A stretch of 64,000 nucleotides of DNA. Origin: the human T2T-CHM13v2.0 reference genome, Homo sapiens. This document shows positions 42,073 through 56,760 of this stretch, in pieces. The notes below the pieces were generated by a model. The model had not been told where the DNA came from. It was given only the letters and a program-made list of their open reading frames with translations, and did not search any database. How positions within the stretch are numbered: position 1 is the stretch's first letter; every line of letters begins with the position of its first letter. Where the stretch lies: assembly GCF_009914755.1 (NCBI RefSeq), contig NC_060936.1, one strand, 5' to 3'. A program made the translations under genes and the position numbers.

Positions 42073-43388
42073 GTGTGACTTTCCCAAACAGCCACCAAGG
42101 GGTTGGATAATGTAAGGAAGAAAAGCAAAGATGGTAGTTCTGCCTCAAACAAACTTTGGCCAAAGGGAAATAGAAGACAGAAGACAGCTAGGATACATTC
42201 TCCCTTTTCTCTCTTCCACGGACTAATATTTGTTGTGGCTTCCCCTTGTAACCCTTCTGGAAAAGTATGGGGAGCCAAGTGCATGCATCTGATGACCACC
42301 ATGCTGTCTGTCTCACTAATTGTGAAGTGGCCACCAGCAAAATCATATCAACATCACGACACATGGTTTTACATCTTCTTTTGCCTCAGTTTCCACATTT
42401 ACCCCTCATTGCTGCCCTGGACTTGCCTTCCCAAATAAATGTCATCACTGTAAACTCAGACATTGGCTCTAGTTTTAGACACCCAAAGCTAAGATATACA
42501 TTCAGTTGCATCACTTTTCCATGCGTTTATAACATGGCAATTAAAACATTCATTTAGAAAGGATACTAAAAAAATATACAAATAATGTGTAAGAAAGGTG
42601 ACTGGTTACAAACTCAATTTTTAAAAATGAAATGCCTTTTTGTGTATATGATAACCAGCTAGAAAATATCATAATACAAATATATCATTCATAGTAGAAA
42701 GTGATTAGGTACATTTCCAACCAACTTAATCAGTTGCAAAGTTTGCTAGCTTTTATTTTTACTTCTTTTGAGTTTACTTCTTTTGTATCAGCAAAGCATT
42801 GAAGGCAGCATAAGTCATACTGAAGGAGAAAGAGACGTTCCCTAAAAACAAAAGTGTGTTTGGCAGCTGCTGGGAAGTTCCCTAACATTCTTGTCATGGG
42901 GTCTGCTAGCCCCGAGCAGCTGGCACTCACAGGTGACCCTGACCCTGTGCAAATATACCAAAATCTTTAATATGCTTTTCAAAAAGCATTAGAATAAGTG
43001 CCATCTAATTTTGACGTTCCACCTTGTCTCTACTTCACACACCTGATATAGCTGCATCAAAGCTATATTACAGTGATATTTCCCCTAGAATTGTGGACTA
43101 GCCAAACTTTTGCTCTGAGAAATGCTTCTTCTTCAAAAAGCCTATAACCTCAACCTGAAAATAGAAAATTCAAGCAACTGCAGATTTTATGATGAGCTTC
43201 ATTTTCACTGATTTACCACATCAAATTATCCATTTATCCAATCACTTATGTGTTCATTAACATATCATTTTTGACCAACTATTCTTTGTGCTGGCTTTTA
43301 GGTCCTGTGAGTCAAGAGAAAGCGAGACAGATATGACCTCTCTTTTTATGGTGATTACATTGTACTAGGGAGGACGTATGATAAGCAA

Positions 43389-43449
43389 GATATATATATA
43401 TATATATATATGTCTATAGATATAGATATAGATACATAGATATATATAT
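43389..43449. repeat. (TA)n/(GATA)-like microsatellite
   Basis: Direct. Confidence 0.85.
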
Positions 43450-44691
43450 GATGTGGAGTTAACTTATTTTAAGTTCTACATAATAATGTTAAAATTTCAT
43501 AACACCAAGAATTAACACAGTCACACAGAATTTAGCTCTTCAACAAGGCTGTACATTTCCTTCTTATAATAGAACTTGGTATCAATGGATACATCAACAC
43601 ACTGTGTAATTTCACCATTTACACCATTATAATAATACATATCATTAATACATTTCCTATCAATTATATAGATTTCACAGATTTTTATGTAATTTTTACA
43701 TAATTTTTAACATTTGAGGAAAGTTTCATTTGATTATCTTCTATAGTTTCTATACCCTCCTTTGATTGGCCTGTTTTTTTAAGATAGAGAATATTTGAGT
43801 TTTTTTGAGGAATATTAGGAATGGGAGACAAAGGAGAAAATTGGAAATTCAGGGGCTCAAGGTGGCTAAGAAAAATAAATGGAAATACTTGACATCAGAT
43901 GTCAACTTCAAAAAAGGTTTCCTTTAATTCAAAAAGTGGAAGCAATGACTTTTCTAACTACAGATAAAAAAATTATAACAGCACTGAAATGATCATCAGC
44001 ATGTTTCTTCATTCCTATTATAGAAATGATTTTTATTCTAGGCTATTCACATACTGGTATTAAATCTAGTATTCTTTAGTACTGTTTTGGTATACATATA
44101 CAAAATTTACTCTACATATGTTTTTCACTCCAATTTTATTGTGTGCATCATTAACTAACAACAATTCTATTTGCTTTCTACTAAGCATAAAATAAGAATT
44201 CATAATGAAATAAAACCTACCCCAAAGATCCATTCTTATCATTGATTTAAAATTGAATGTCTTTACCATCCAAAAAATTAGAGGTTCACCAATGATAGTT
44301 AAGCACATATATGTGGTACAAATTACAATGGAAAAGAGAAATGATTTCTTCATAAAAGCTGTACGTTCTTAATTATAAAGAGAGATAATAAATTCTTCAA
44401 ATGAAATACTATACAATGAACTATAATAAAATATAAATACTATATATGTGAAATATACTCAGCTTCATAATTTATGGTCAACGTTGTTATTCACACACAT
44501 GCACACATATACACCCATAAATATATATATGACTTTTCTAGGTATCTGTTTTGAAATTACTCACATACAAACACTATGGAAAAACTGATAGAAATATAAA
44601 ATGTTCCAGACACCATCAGTTTGTTTTCTGCTAGAAGACCCACGATGCTCCCCTTGTGAATCTATGGAGTTGAGGGTTTCTCTTCTTTCAC

Positions 44692-45591
44692 TCAGCATGT
44701 CATCTGCCACAAAACTGAAAGAAAGGTCTGTTTTAGCTTCCTACTTCCCATAATCAGGATGAATGAGTGGAATGAAGGATACATGATTGCAACAGTTTGG
44801 CAAAGCAGGAGTACAAGTTTGCTCTGCTGTGTCCTAAGATTCCAAGTTGATGTGATTATACACAGAAAGTAAATGGCAAATAACATGAGGAAGGAGGTCA
44901 CAGTTTGCAAAGCTTTTATATGGACCTTGGTGCTGGGATCTTGAGATCCTTTGCTATGGAGCCGCATCTTCTTGAGATGTTTACAAAGAGAACAGATTAA
45001 CAGCAGAAAACATATTAGGCTCAGAGTAAAGGGTATGAGGTTTGCTAGAGTAGTTACAGTCAAGCTTGAAAGGTGTATTGCATTCCTCAATTTGATCTTC
45101 CAAGTCACATTTCCTTCATATTCTTTTGTCCACACTCTCTCATCCATGGTTATCACAGCAAGATTACAAATCAAAAATACCAAGGGCCCCAACAGTATCA
45201 CCAGAACAACACTCTTAATTCTCTTCTTTAGGTGGAGAGAAATAAGGTTGGAGAAATTGGCAATCTTGAGCAAACAAAATATGCTGAGGCTAGCAGCAAG
45301 CCACATGCTGAAATGGTTCGTTACAGCCCAGGCATTAGAAGCAACAATTCTTACTTCTAAACCATATAAAGCAGAATTAAACACAGTTGCATACCAAAGG
45401 AATAACATGACCCAGAGTAAACCAATTCTGGAGACCACCAGAGCAGTGAGAATTTGCTCAGCTGAGGAGATCTTTCGTGTGTTAACCCAGTCAATGACAT
45501 TTACTAGAGCTATGAAGCCATTGGCAACATTTCCAAGAACAAATGCAAACACTACCAGAATTGATGAAATGATGAGCAGAAAACACATCAT
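44692..45591 (-). CDS. TAS2R19: Taste receptor type 2 member 19 (299 aa, Cys299)
   Basis: Intronless TAS2[14 protein letters not shown]...LWQMTC; canonical ATG at 45591. Confidence 0.97.
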   Translation of the reverse strand: MMCFLLIISSILVVFAFVLGNVANGFIALVNVIDWVNTRKISSAEQILTALVVSRIGLLWVMLFLWYATVFNSALYGLEVRIVASNAWAVTNHFSMWLAASLSIFCLLKIANFSNLISLHLKKRIKSVVLVILLGPLVFLICNLAVITMDERVWTKEYEGNVTWKIKLRNAIHLSSLTVTTLANLIPFTLSLICFLLLICSLCKHLKKMRLHSKGSQDPSTKVHIKALQTVTSFLMLFAIYFLCIITSTWNLRTQQSKLVLLLCQTVAIMYPSFHSFILIMGSRKLKQTFLSVLWQMTC

Positions 45592-48041
45592 GTTTGAACA
45601 GATAAAAAAATGCAGGCTTAGTAACACTTGTTCTGAGTCCTTTAACATCCAGATGTTAACTTCGATGAACACTTGATTACTAAATGTGCAATAACATTTT
45701 CTGCCTTTAAATTCAGTGACTAGTGTCAACAGGCAAGCACCAGCATATGCTAATAGATGAATTCAAAACTGTCTTTATAGAAATAGAAAAGGTCATTATT
45801 CTCAAAACAGCTCAAATTCACTCCTCTTCATATACATTCTCTCCTTGCTATATGCTGTACTTTTTTATACTGAGGTTGAAGTGGAAAATTGAATTCTCAT
45901 GTGTTAGTATGCAAAGAAAGGCATATTATTTTTCATTGTTTTGCAATTTTTTTCCTTGTTTAACCTCTCCATAATTTGTATACAGCATCTTCAGTTGTTC
46001 CATAGGGAAATTGTAAAACCCAATACATATATCATATAGTAAATGTCTAAATTGTTAAAGGAGCTTGGTCATAACTAGGATCATACCAATATGGACTTAT
46101 TTTTATGCCAGATTTAAATACCAGATTCTAAACCTTTTATCAAAATCATCCAAGATTATCTTGGAAATCCCTGGGAGGCTGATACACTTTAAAATCTGGT
46201 TTCTGATAACCAATAAATTGATATGACATCATTGTTAATAAGCTCCTAAACACATAGACACACATGCACTCACACCCTTAGGGCATGGAAGGAATTATTT
46301 TCTTATAATTCCCCAAATGGAAAATGAGTTTCCAGGAACTCATCCAGGTGGTATTAGTCTTATTTTCCAACTCAGGGCTGTCAGACAATGAATAATATTT
46401 ATCAAACATGTTTCTCAAGCTTAGGCCTTTGGTATATTTACACTCAAGTCTGTTTTGTTTAAACATTAATTATTTAATTAAAATGTTCAGCAATTTTGTA
46501 AATATTTCTAAGTACCCTACTCTTTGTCACATAATCCTGCAGTACCCTCCCACCTCAGGCAGGGTGACTACCTTGACCTTGGACTCTGAATTCACTCACG
46601 TAATTTGCTTCAGTCAACAGGAAATTAGTAGAATTTACAGAGATTTAAGATGGCTTCCATATTGAAGTTTCCTGCTCTTTTCCACTAACCATGAGGACAT
46701 CATCTGGCTAGCACACTGTTCCCAGAAGAAGAAAGAGAAACTAATGGAGTCAGAATGCCACTGCCTTATCTACCCTAAATCAGCCAAACTAGCGGCAAGA
46801 TGCAGTACGTGGCCCATCTCCAATCACCAGAGCCATCCACCAAACCTAGGTTAGAAAAATGTAATCCAAAGACATAATGATACACAATTATCTAACTCAG
46901 TTTTCTCTTGCAGAAAAACATAAGTGATGTAGGTATTCTGCTAAATCAGGAGTGTGGGAAATATGCCCACCATTGTTGTGTCAGGAATTCAGGATCGAAG
47001 GAAAAAATAGAGAATGTCCAAGTTTTGTCATATGAAGTGGGTAATTAAACCTAAAAGAAAAACCTATTCAGAAATCTGTGGTTGGCAGGTAACATCATGT
47101 CAAGTTTCCTAAAGTTGCAACTAAAATCAGAAAGTTTCTACTTAAAATCTCTTAGAGTTACACATGAATGTATACAAATAGTGGATTTTTCCCTTCAGTA
47201 TATAATGAGCAGAGTAATAATAATTTTCATGGACCATTTCTGCTAATTAATAATTTTTATCATATAGCTAGACTGCACACTTAGAAATGAACCAAAACAA
47301 AAATGGAAAACATAGCAATGTGTCATAAACACTCATGTAACCATCATGTAGGGCAAGACATGGAACATTGCTAAGAGCCTAAGTTTACCTCAATGCCACT
47401 TTCTAATTCCCTACACCTTTCTTCATGTCTCCTGTGATAAGCAACATCCCTAATTTATGATGGTCTTTTTTTAATATTCTTTATACTTTACCAATAAGGT
47501 ATTCGACCCTAAACTCAATAGCTTGGTTTGGCCTGATTTGATCTATGTATAGGTGCAATCCTATATGTTCTTATTCATGGCTTCCTGGAATCAACATTTT
47601 GTATCCAAAATTTAACCCCATCATTGCATGTACATGTGATCCATTTCTTTTCACTTCTCTATATTTTTTTCATTTTTTGATTTTACTGTAATTATTTATC
47701 CATCCTTATTTGATATATATTTGGACAGCTTATTTTTTGAGCTTTTATGAATAATGCTACAATGAACATTCTTTCACATATCATTTGCTACAATTCCTCT
47801 GTGTATATATATCTGGTTGTAGAATTACAGGGTCCTTGATTATGATGTTCAAATTCTTCTCACAGACATAGAAAAGCCCAAAACACAGTTTGACTAAATT
47901 TATTCCTGTTACCTTTATCTCCAGCCTCTTTATTGCTATTTGCATATATCTTATCAATTATACATTCAATCCACGAAGACACTATTGTTTTATATAGTCA
48001 ACATTTATTTAGAATTACACACTTAGTTTTCATTGTCATTA

Positions 48042-48256
48042 ATTTTTTTTTTTTTTTTTGAGACATAGTCTCCCTGTCACCCAGGCTGGAGTGCAGTGGC
48101 ACGATCTCTGCTCACTGAAAGCTCCGCCTTCCGGGTTTAGCCATTCTCCTGCCTCAGCCTCCGGAGTAGCTGGGACTGCAGGTGCCCGCCACCAGGCCAG
48201 GCTAATTTTTTTTTATTTTTAGTAGAGACGGGGTTTCACCGTGTTAGCCAGCATGG
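48042..48256 (-). mobile_element. 5'-truncated AluY-like with TSD
   Basis: aagctccgcc, ccattctcctgcc and ccgtgttagcc diagnostics; TSD attgtcattaattt. Confidence 0.9.
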
Positions 48257-49044
48257 ATTGTCATTAATTTGTAATGCTCCTTGCGTGTTCAACTTTGTAT
48301 TTTCAGTAATTTTATTTTATCTGAAAAATATCATTTTCAATTTCTGTTTATGAAGGTCTACTACTCTTTGGAAACACATTGAAGACATGATTCCCATTAA
48401 TCCATTGAATTCCTGCTTCCATGTTTTCTGTTAAAATCAGGTTGTATTTAGAATACAGTTCTTTTCAACATACTCTATCTTCTACCTCTAGCTACTTTTC
48501 AGATTTTCTATTGGTCTTTTGTGTCCTGTATTATTTTATGTTAATTTGGTTTTAGTTATCATGCCTGAAGTTTGAGATTACTAAAAATATATTCAGGGAT
48601 ACATTTTATACCTTTTGGAAAAATCCTTGCAACATTTCTCTTGCTCTATTTTCTCTCCTCTAATCTTACAGAACTCCAGAAGTATGTTAGGTGTTCTGTC
48701 TGTAGCATCAATGTGTTACCCTCTAGCTCTGTGTATTTCCATCTCTTCCCTTCTATGCTTCATTCTGTGTAGCTATCTTCCAATTCACTTATTCTCTCTT
48801 GTACTGTATCCAACTGGTTAACTCTGTCTATTGGATTCTCAATATTGATAATTCATTTTTTCAGTCTTATTGTTTTAGTGTTCAGAATAATCTTTTATTC
48901 TCCTTCCATAAATCATTTTCTATGGGGAAACTGAACAAACTACTCTTAACACCATGTTCTTTTTAAAAGTGTTTTTGACTTTTGGAGTTTTTAGTTTTTT
49001 GTTTTACTCGATACTGTTTTACTTGATGTTTAAGATACCGGTGA

Positions 49045-49350
<306 letters not shown>

Positions 49351-49460
49351 CAGGGGGAGTTTTTGAAGGTCAGATACTACCTAGAGCTTCGGCTCATGTC
49401 CATTCCAAGGTGGAGCTAATCAGTTTGTAGTTACTACCTCTTCCTGAAAGTATAATTGAA

Positions 49461-49871
<411 letters not shown>

Positions 49872-50312
49872 CTACTGGCAACAAAATATATAAAATATAA
49901 TAACCGCATTCCCTAAGGAATGGAACTGGTCAGTGCCGTGACAAAACACTTGAAAGTTACAGGGGATGGTAGTCCTTTCTATAAGCCGATTCACTAAACC
50001 TATCTGGCCTCTATCAAAACCAGACGGGTTATAGAATGAATACAGACTACCAGAAACTTAAATCAACACTCACAAATGCTTTCCAGGATGTGCTGTCTTC
50101 ACTAAGCAGAGCAGAGCTTCTGGTACTTTTTACTGGGCTTGTGATTTGCTGAATGGTTCTTAATCTACACCCATTATGAGGAAAAATCAAAACAATTTGC
50201 CTTGTATCATAATAATAACACTGTGTCACTGTTTTATATCACGGCTATGTCACTTCTGTTTAATTTACATTTTTTAAAACATCGTGATTATTTAATATAT
50301 TAATAATATTAC

Positions 50313-50640
<328 letters not shown>

Positions 50641-53600
50641 TCAGGAAGTGGCAAGTTTCTTAACTATAGTAAAATACTCTAACGATGAATGGAAGTAAAA
50701 TACCAGAAGAAAAGAAACCAACCTGAGAACATTCAGGGACCTACAGCATAGGTGATGTTTTAAAGCATTCAGTGTCCCTAGACCACACGTTGAAACAATC
50801 TTTTTTACAGTATATGGCATGTTGCTCTCTCTATAAATTTCCTATCACTACAAAAGAGACACAATGTTTTGGGGGCCTATTGGGATTTTGGAGACAACAT
50901 ATTCCACATTTGAGAATATTGCTCTGACTCATTAACGAAGTTTCCCAGGCTGCTGGTCTCAAGTGGAATCCAGAACAAATGAGGGCTCTACAGAAGATAT
51001 AGACTCTGCTCCAAGCTGCTCTGGCCACTGTGCCAGATGATCCAGCAGGATTCAAAGATGCTAGAACATACGTAGTGGTCATTATAGGACTCTGTGCATG
51101 TCTCTGACAAGCCTGTTGGAGAGGGGAGAGCAAATCCCTATGGAATTAGTGTAAGACCATTCTCTCTTCAGCAGACAAGTATCCTCTGTCTGACAAACAA
51201 AATAGCAAGTGCAGAATATTAATCCAAGCATAGAGTCCCTCTAAGCACAAGTCCCTATAAGCACAAAACCCTATGCAACTGTGGACGTCATATGCTCATA
51301 AAGCCAGCCATGACTGGAGGGTATGAGCACGCCTCAGTGGCACAAGGAGTGGCGGTACTGGACACAAACATGTGCTTTCTCAGATTCTCTTCACTATGTC
51401 CAATTCCCCTGGCCAGCACCTTGCCTGATCCAGATCATCCTTCTATTTGGGACTTGAATGCATCACCACACTGTGGGCATGAGGTCTGACTTTCATGACC
51501 ACCACCAAGGGACTGGATGATGTAAGACAGAACAGCAGAGATGATAGTTCTGCCTCAAGGAAACCCTGACCAATAGGAAATAGAAGACTAATGACAGATG
51601 AGCAGATACATTCTCCCTCCTCTCTCTCTTCCATGGACTAATGCCAGCTGTGGTTTCCCCTTGTAGCCCTTCTGGAAAAGTGCTGGAAGCCAAGTACATG
51701 CATCTGATGACCATCATGCTGTCTCTCTCACCTCACTGTGAAGTGGCTGCCATCAGGGTCATACCAGACATCACCACACATTGTTTCACATTTGTTCCGG
51801 TCTCAATTTCCACACGTCCTTGCCATTTTTGTCTTGAACTTGACTTCTAAATAAATGGTAGCACTTCAATAACAGGTATTACATTAAAAACATTTTGGTA
51901 AAGTAGCTGGTTACTAACTCAATTTTTTGAAATGAAATGTCATTTTTGTTTAAATAATCAACTAGAAAATATCATAATACAAATAATTGACAATAGAAAA
52001 AAATACATATTCAAATAGACCAAAGTTGTTTATATGATTTTTCAAACCATTATAATAGGTGCCATCTAATTTTGGTGTTCTACCTTGTCTCCAACTCAGA
52101 CACCTGATACAGCTGCATCAAGACTATATTATTGTCATATTTCCCCTAAAATTGTGGAATAGCCAAACTTTTCCTTAGGAGAAGGATTCTGCTTGGATAA
52201 GCCTGTAATCTTAACCTGAGACTGGAACAGGGGAATTCATGCAACTGCAGATTTTGTGTGAGTTTCCTTTTCACTGGTTAACCACATCAACTTATCCATT
52301 TTAGCCACCCATTTATTTGTTCATTAAAGTATCATTTTTGACCATCTATTCTTGGTGCTGGTTTCGAGTTCCTGGGAGTCAACAGAAAGCAAGACAGACA
52401 TTATCTCTTTTTTTACAGTCCTTACATTGTACTGAGGAAGATATATGATTAAAAAAATACACAAATCAGGTGGGGGGATGATTCATCTTAAGGTTTAAAT
52501 CACATTGTTTAAATTTCATAACACCAAGAATTAATACAGTCAAGTAGAATTTAGCTGTGAACAAGACTGTACATTTCTTTCTTATAATAGAACTTCCTAT
52601 TAAAGAATATGTCAACACCCTTTCATTTCATCATTGATGACAAAATTACAACGTTAAGGCTCATCTCATAATTAATACACAGATTTCATAGATACTTTTT
52701 TAACATTTACAAAAAGTTTGACTGAAATATTTTCCACAATTTATATATTATATTTACATTGATTTTATTTTTCAAAAAGAGAGGATTTGAGTTCTCTTAT
52801 CTGAAGTTTAGAAGGAATTTCATAAATGGAAGGTAAGGATATAATTAGCAATTCAGGGGCTTAAAAGTGCTTTAGAAAGAATACTAAAATAATTTGCATG
52901 AGATCTCAACTTCAAAAACAGCTTTTCTTTAATTCAAAAGCGGAAGAAATGACGTTTCTAACTGCATATGCATAACTGATGATACCAATCCAGATCATGA
53001 TCATGATATTTCATCCCTTTATTAGAGAAGGGATTTTTTCCTAAGCTATTCACATATGAAATCTAATATTCCTCAGTACCGCTTATGGTAGACATACATT
53101 AAATTTACTCTGCATATGCTTCTCACTCAAATTCTACTGTGTGCATTGTTTTCTAACAATAATTCTCATTGCTTTTTACTAAACATAAAATAGAAATTCA
53201 TAATGGAATAAAACACCAAAGATACATCCTCATTATTGATTTAGAATTGAATGACTTTACCATCCAATAAATTCGAGGTTCAAGCAATGAATTCTAAGCA
53301 CAATGTGGTGTATTCCTGTGGTTCAAATAACAATAGAAAAGAGCAATATTTATCCTGGGATAAACTGTTACTTCTTAATAATTATAAATAGACATCATAA
53401 ATTCTACAAATGAAATATAACATGAATGAAATATACATGGCTTCAAAATTCTAAGAAATTTTTGTCATATTTTGTATAATTTGGCAGTTTGTATGAAAAA
53501 AACAGAAAAGAGCATGTTATTGTCAATGTTCTTAAGTTTTCATACACACATAAACACACACACACATATATATATATTTTTTTCTAGACTAATATTAGGT

Positions 53601-53736
53601 CAAAGACTTTTCTAGGTATACGTTGGGAAATTATTCATACACATACAGTATAGAAAAACCAGTAAGAAATATAAAATGTTTCATACACCACCAGTTTGTT
53701 TTCTGCTAGAAGACACACAATGCCCCTCTCATGAAT

Positions 53737-54666
53737 CTATGGAGATGAAGGCTTCTCTCCTTTCACCCAGTACCTCACTTGCCGCAAAACTGAAAGAAAA
53801 GTCTGCTTTAGCTTCTTGTTTCCCCAAATCAGGATGAATGGGTGGATTGAAGGATAGCTGAATCTAATAGCTTTGCAGAACATGAAGACAGGTTTGTTTT
53901 CCAGACTCCCAAAACTCCAAACTGATATCATTATGGACAGAAAGTAAATGGCACATAACAAGAGGAAAAAGATCACAGTTTGCAAAACTTTTATGTGGAC
54001 CTTGGTGCTGGGATCTTGAGATCCTTTACCATGGAGCTGCATCTTCTTGAGATGTTTACACAGAGAACAGATTAACAGCAAAAAACATAGCAGGGTCAGA
54101 GTGAAGGGCACTAAGTTTCCTAGCGTGGTTACAGTCGCATCTGAAAGGTACACTGCACTCCTCAATTTGATCTTCCAAGTCATGTTTCCTTCATATTCTT
54201 TTGTCCGTACAATCTCTTTCATGTTTATCACAAAAAGTTGACAGGCCAAAAATAGTAAAGGCCCCAACAGCATCACCAGAATGACACTCTTAACTCTCCT
54301 CTTTAAGTGAAGAAAAATAAGGTTGGAGAAATTGGCAATCTTGAGCAAATAAAATATGCTGAGGCTAGTAGCAAGCCAGTTGCTGAAATGGCCGGTTACT
54401 GCCCAGACATTATAAGCAGTAGTTCTTACTTCTACACTATAAAAAGCTGGATTAAACACAGTTGAATACCAATTTAATAATAATACCCAGAGCAAACCAA
54501 CTCTGGAGACCGCCAGAGCAGTGAGAATCTGGTCAGCAAAAGAGATCTTTTGTCTCTTGACCCACTCAATGGAATTTACCAATGCTATGAAGCCATTAGC
54601 AAAATTTCCAATAACAAATAGAACCACTACCACACTGGAAAAAATGATGGGTATAAAAGTTGTCAT
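53737..54666 (-). CDS. TAS2R31: Taste receptor type 2 member 31 (309 aa; W35 M162 V227 I240)
   Basis: Intronless TAS2[19 protein letters not shown]...[10 protein letters not shown]; ATG at 54666 (the track start at 54768 is a GTG inside the LTR). Confidence 0.96.
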   Translation of the reverse strand: MTTFIPIIFSSVVVVLFVIGNFANGFIALVNSIEWVKRQKISFADQILTALAVSRVGLLWVLLLNWYSTVFNPAFYSVEVRTTAYNVWAVTGHFSNWLATSLSIFYLLKIANFSNLIFLHLKRRVKSVILVMLLGPLLFLACQLFVINMKEIVRTKEYEGNMTWKIKLRSAVYLSDATVTTLGNLVPFTLTLLCFLLLICSLCKHLKKMQLHGKGSQDPSTKVHIKVLQTVIFFLLLCAIYFLSIMISVWSFGSLENKPVFMFCKAIRFSYPSIHPFILIWGNKKLKQTFLSVLRQVRYWVKGEKPSSP

Positions 54667-54705
54667 GTCTGAACAGACAAAAAAAAATTGTTTTAATGCT
54701 GGTGT

Positions 54706-55198
54706 TGTGTCCGGAGTTGGTTCCTGCAGGTGGGTTCGTGGTCTCCCTGACTTCAAAAATGGAGCCACCGACCTTCACGGTGAGTGTTGCTGCTCTTAAA
54801 GATGGCATGGACCCAAAGAGTGAGCAACAGCAAGGTTTATTGAGAAGAGAGAAAGGACAAAGCTTCCACCGAGAGGAAGGCGACCCAGGCAGGTTGCTGC
54901 TGCTGGCTGAAGCCATGAGCTTTTATTCCCTTATTTGTCCCCTCCCATTTTCCTTTTTTTGTCCTATCAGAGTGCCCTTTTTTCAATCCTCCCTGCCATT
55001 GGCTACTTTTAGGATCCTGTTGCTTGGTGTATTTTAGAGCGATTGGTGCATTTTACAATCCTCTTGCTAGCTACAGAGCGCTGATTGCTGTGGTTTTACA
55101 GTGCACTGTTTGGTGCATTTTACAATCCCCTTGCTAGCTACAGAAACGTTCTCCAAGTCCCCACTCGATTCAGAAAGTATAGCTCGCTTCATCTCTCA
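54706..55198 (-). mobile_element. ERV9/LTR12-family solo LTR (LTR12F-like), sense to TAS2R31
   Basis: Minus strand starts TGAGAGATGAAGC...GAGTGGGGACTTGGAGAAC, has tandem tagctagcaag/atgcaccaatc CCAAT repeats, AATAAAAG TATA-like box, AATAAA, and ends CCGGACACA; 4-bp TSD gtgt/atgt. Confidence 0.88.
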
Positions 55199-56430
55199 AT
55201 GTAATATAACTGGGTGTGATTGCTTGAATATCCTGACCTTAAATTCTATATGCACCTGATTTGTGAATGTGCTGTGACATTCTTTTTACTTTTAATTGTT
55301 GTGACCAGTGTCAAGCCAGAAATAACCATGGCATGTTAACTGATGAGTTCAATGATCTCTTTATGGAAAACATTCTTATTTTCAAACAACTCAAATTAAC
55401 TCATTCATTCACTGTCTGTTCTTGTTATAGGCTGGAATTATTCACACTGAAATTGACGTGAAACCTGAATCCTCATTTGCTAGTATGCAAATAGGGACAT
55501 ATTCACTTTCAGTGTTTGCAATTTTTCCTTGTGTAACCTCTCCATCATTTATCTTTAGTGACTTCAGTTGTTAGGGAAGTTTTGTAACTCAATATATATA
55601 TCATATAGTAAATATCTAAATTCTCAAAGGGAGCTTGGTCATAACTAAGATCATCACCAATGCGGACTTTTTTAAATCACAGATTTAAATACACAGAATC
55701 CTAACTGCTTTTATCAAAGGCATCTCAGATTTTCTTGAGAACCACAGGCAGGCCACTACTCCATAAGATCTGGTTGCTGCTAACACTTTCGTATAACTTC
55801 ATTATTCACAAACTCATAAATATGCACACAAATATACACATGTGCACACCACTTATGAATGGAACAAATTATTTTCTTGTAATTTCCAAAATAAAAAATG
55901 AGTTTCCAAGAGGCTGTGCAGATGAAATTAGTCCTATTTTCCCACTCAGGGTTTTCAGCCCATGAATCATATTTATTTATCAAAAACATTATCTCTAATT
56001 CTTAGGACTTGGTAAAGTTTCTCTCAAGTCTAATGTTTAAATATTATTATAAAAAATATTTAGCAATTTTATAAGAATTCCTCAGTACCAGACCCTTTGA
56101 TATATAATCCTGCAGTATCCTATCACAGGAAGACTGACTACCTTGCCCCTGAACTTGGAGTTCAATCATTTCACTTACTTTGATAAACAGAAAATTACTA
56201 CAGTTTGCATAGAGATTTGAGATGGCTTCCATACTGGGGATTCTTCTTCTTTCCATTTACCATAAGAGTATGGCCTATCTAGTACACTGTTCCCAGAAGA
56301 AGAATGAGAAACTAAAGACGTGAGATTGCTGCCACCTGATCCAGATTAAATTGGCAAAACTCTAACGTCCTCCAAGATGCAGAATTTGGCCCATCTCAAA
56401 TCACCACAGCCATCCACCAAACCCAGCTTA

Positions 56431-56760
<330 letters not shown>

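Noticed and set aside
44951-45676. 241-aa plus-strand ORF antisense to TAS2R19 (similar ORFs at 9014-9454 and 54047-54241)
   Set aside because: Antisense shadow of a hydrophobic CDS; broken at different points in the paralogs, non-ATG start, no recognisable domain
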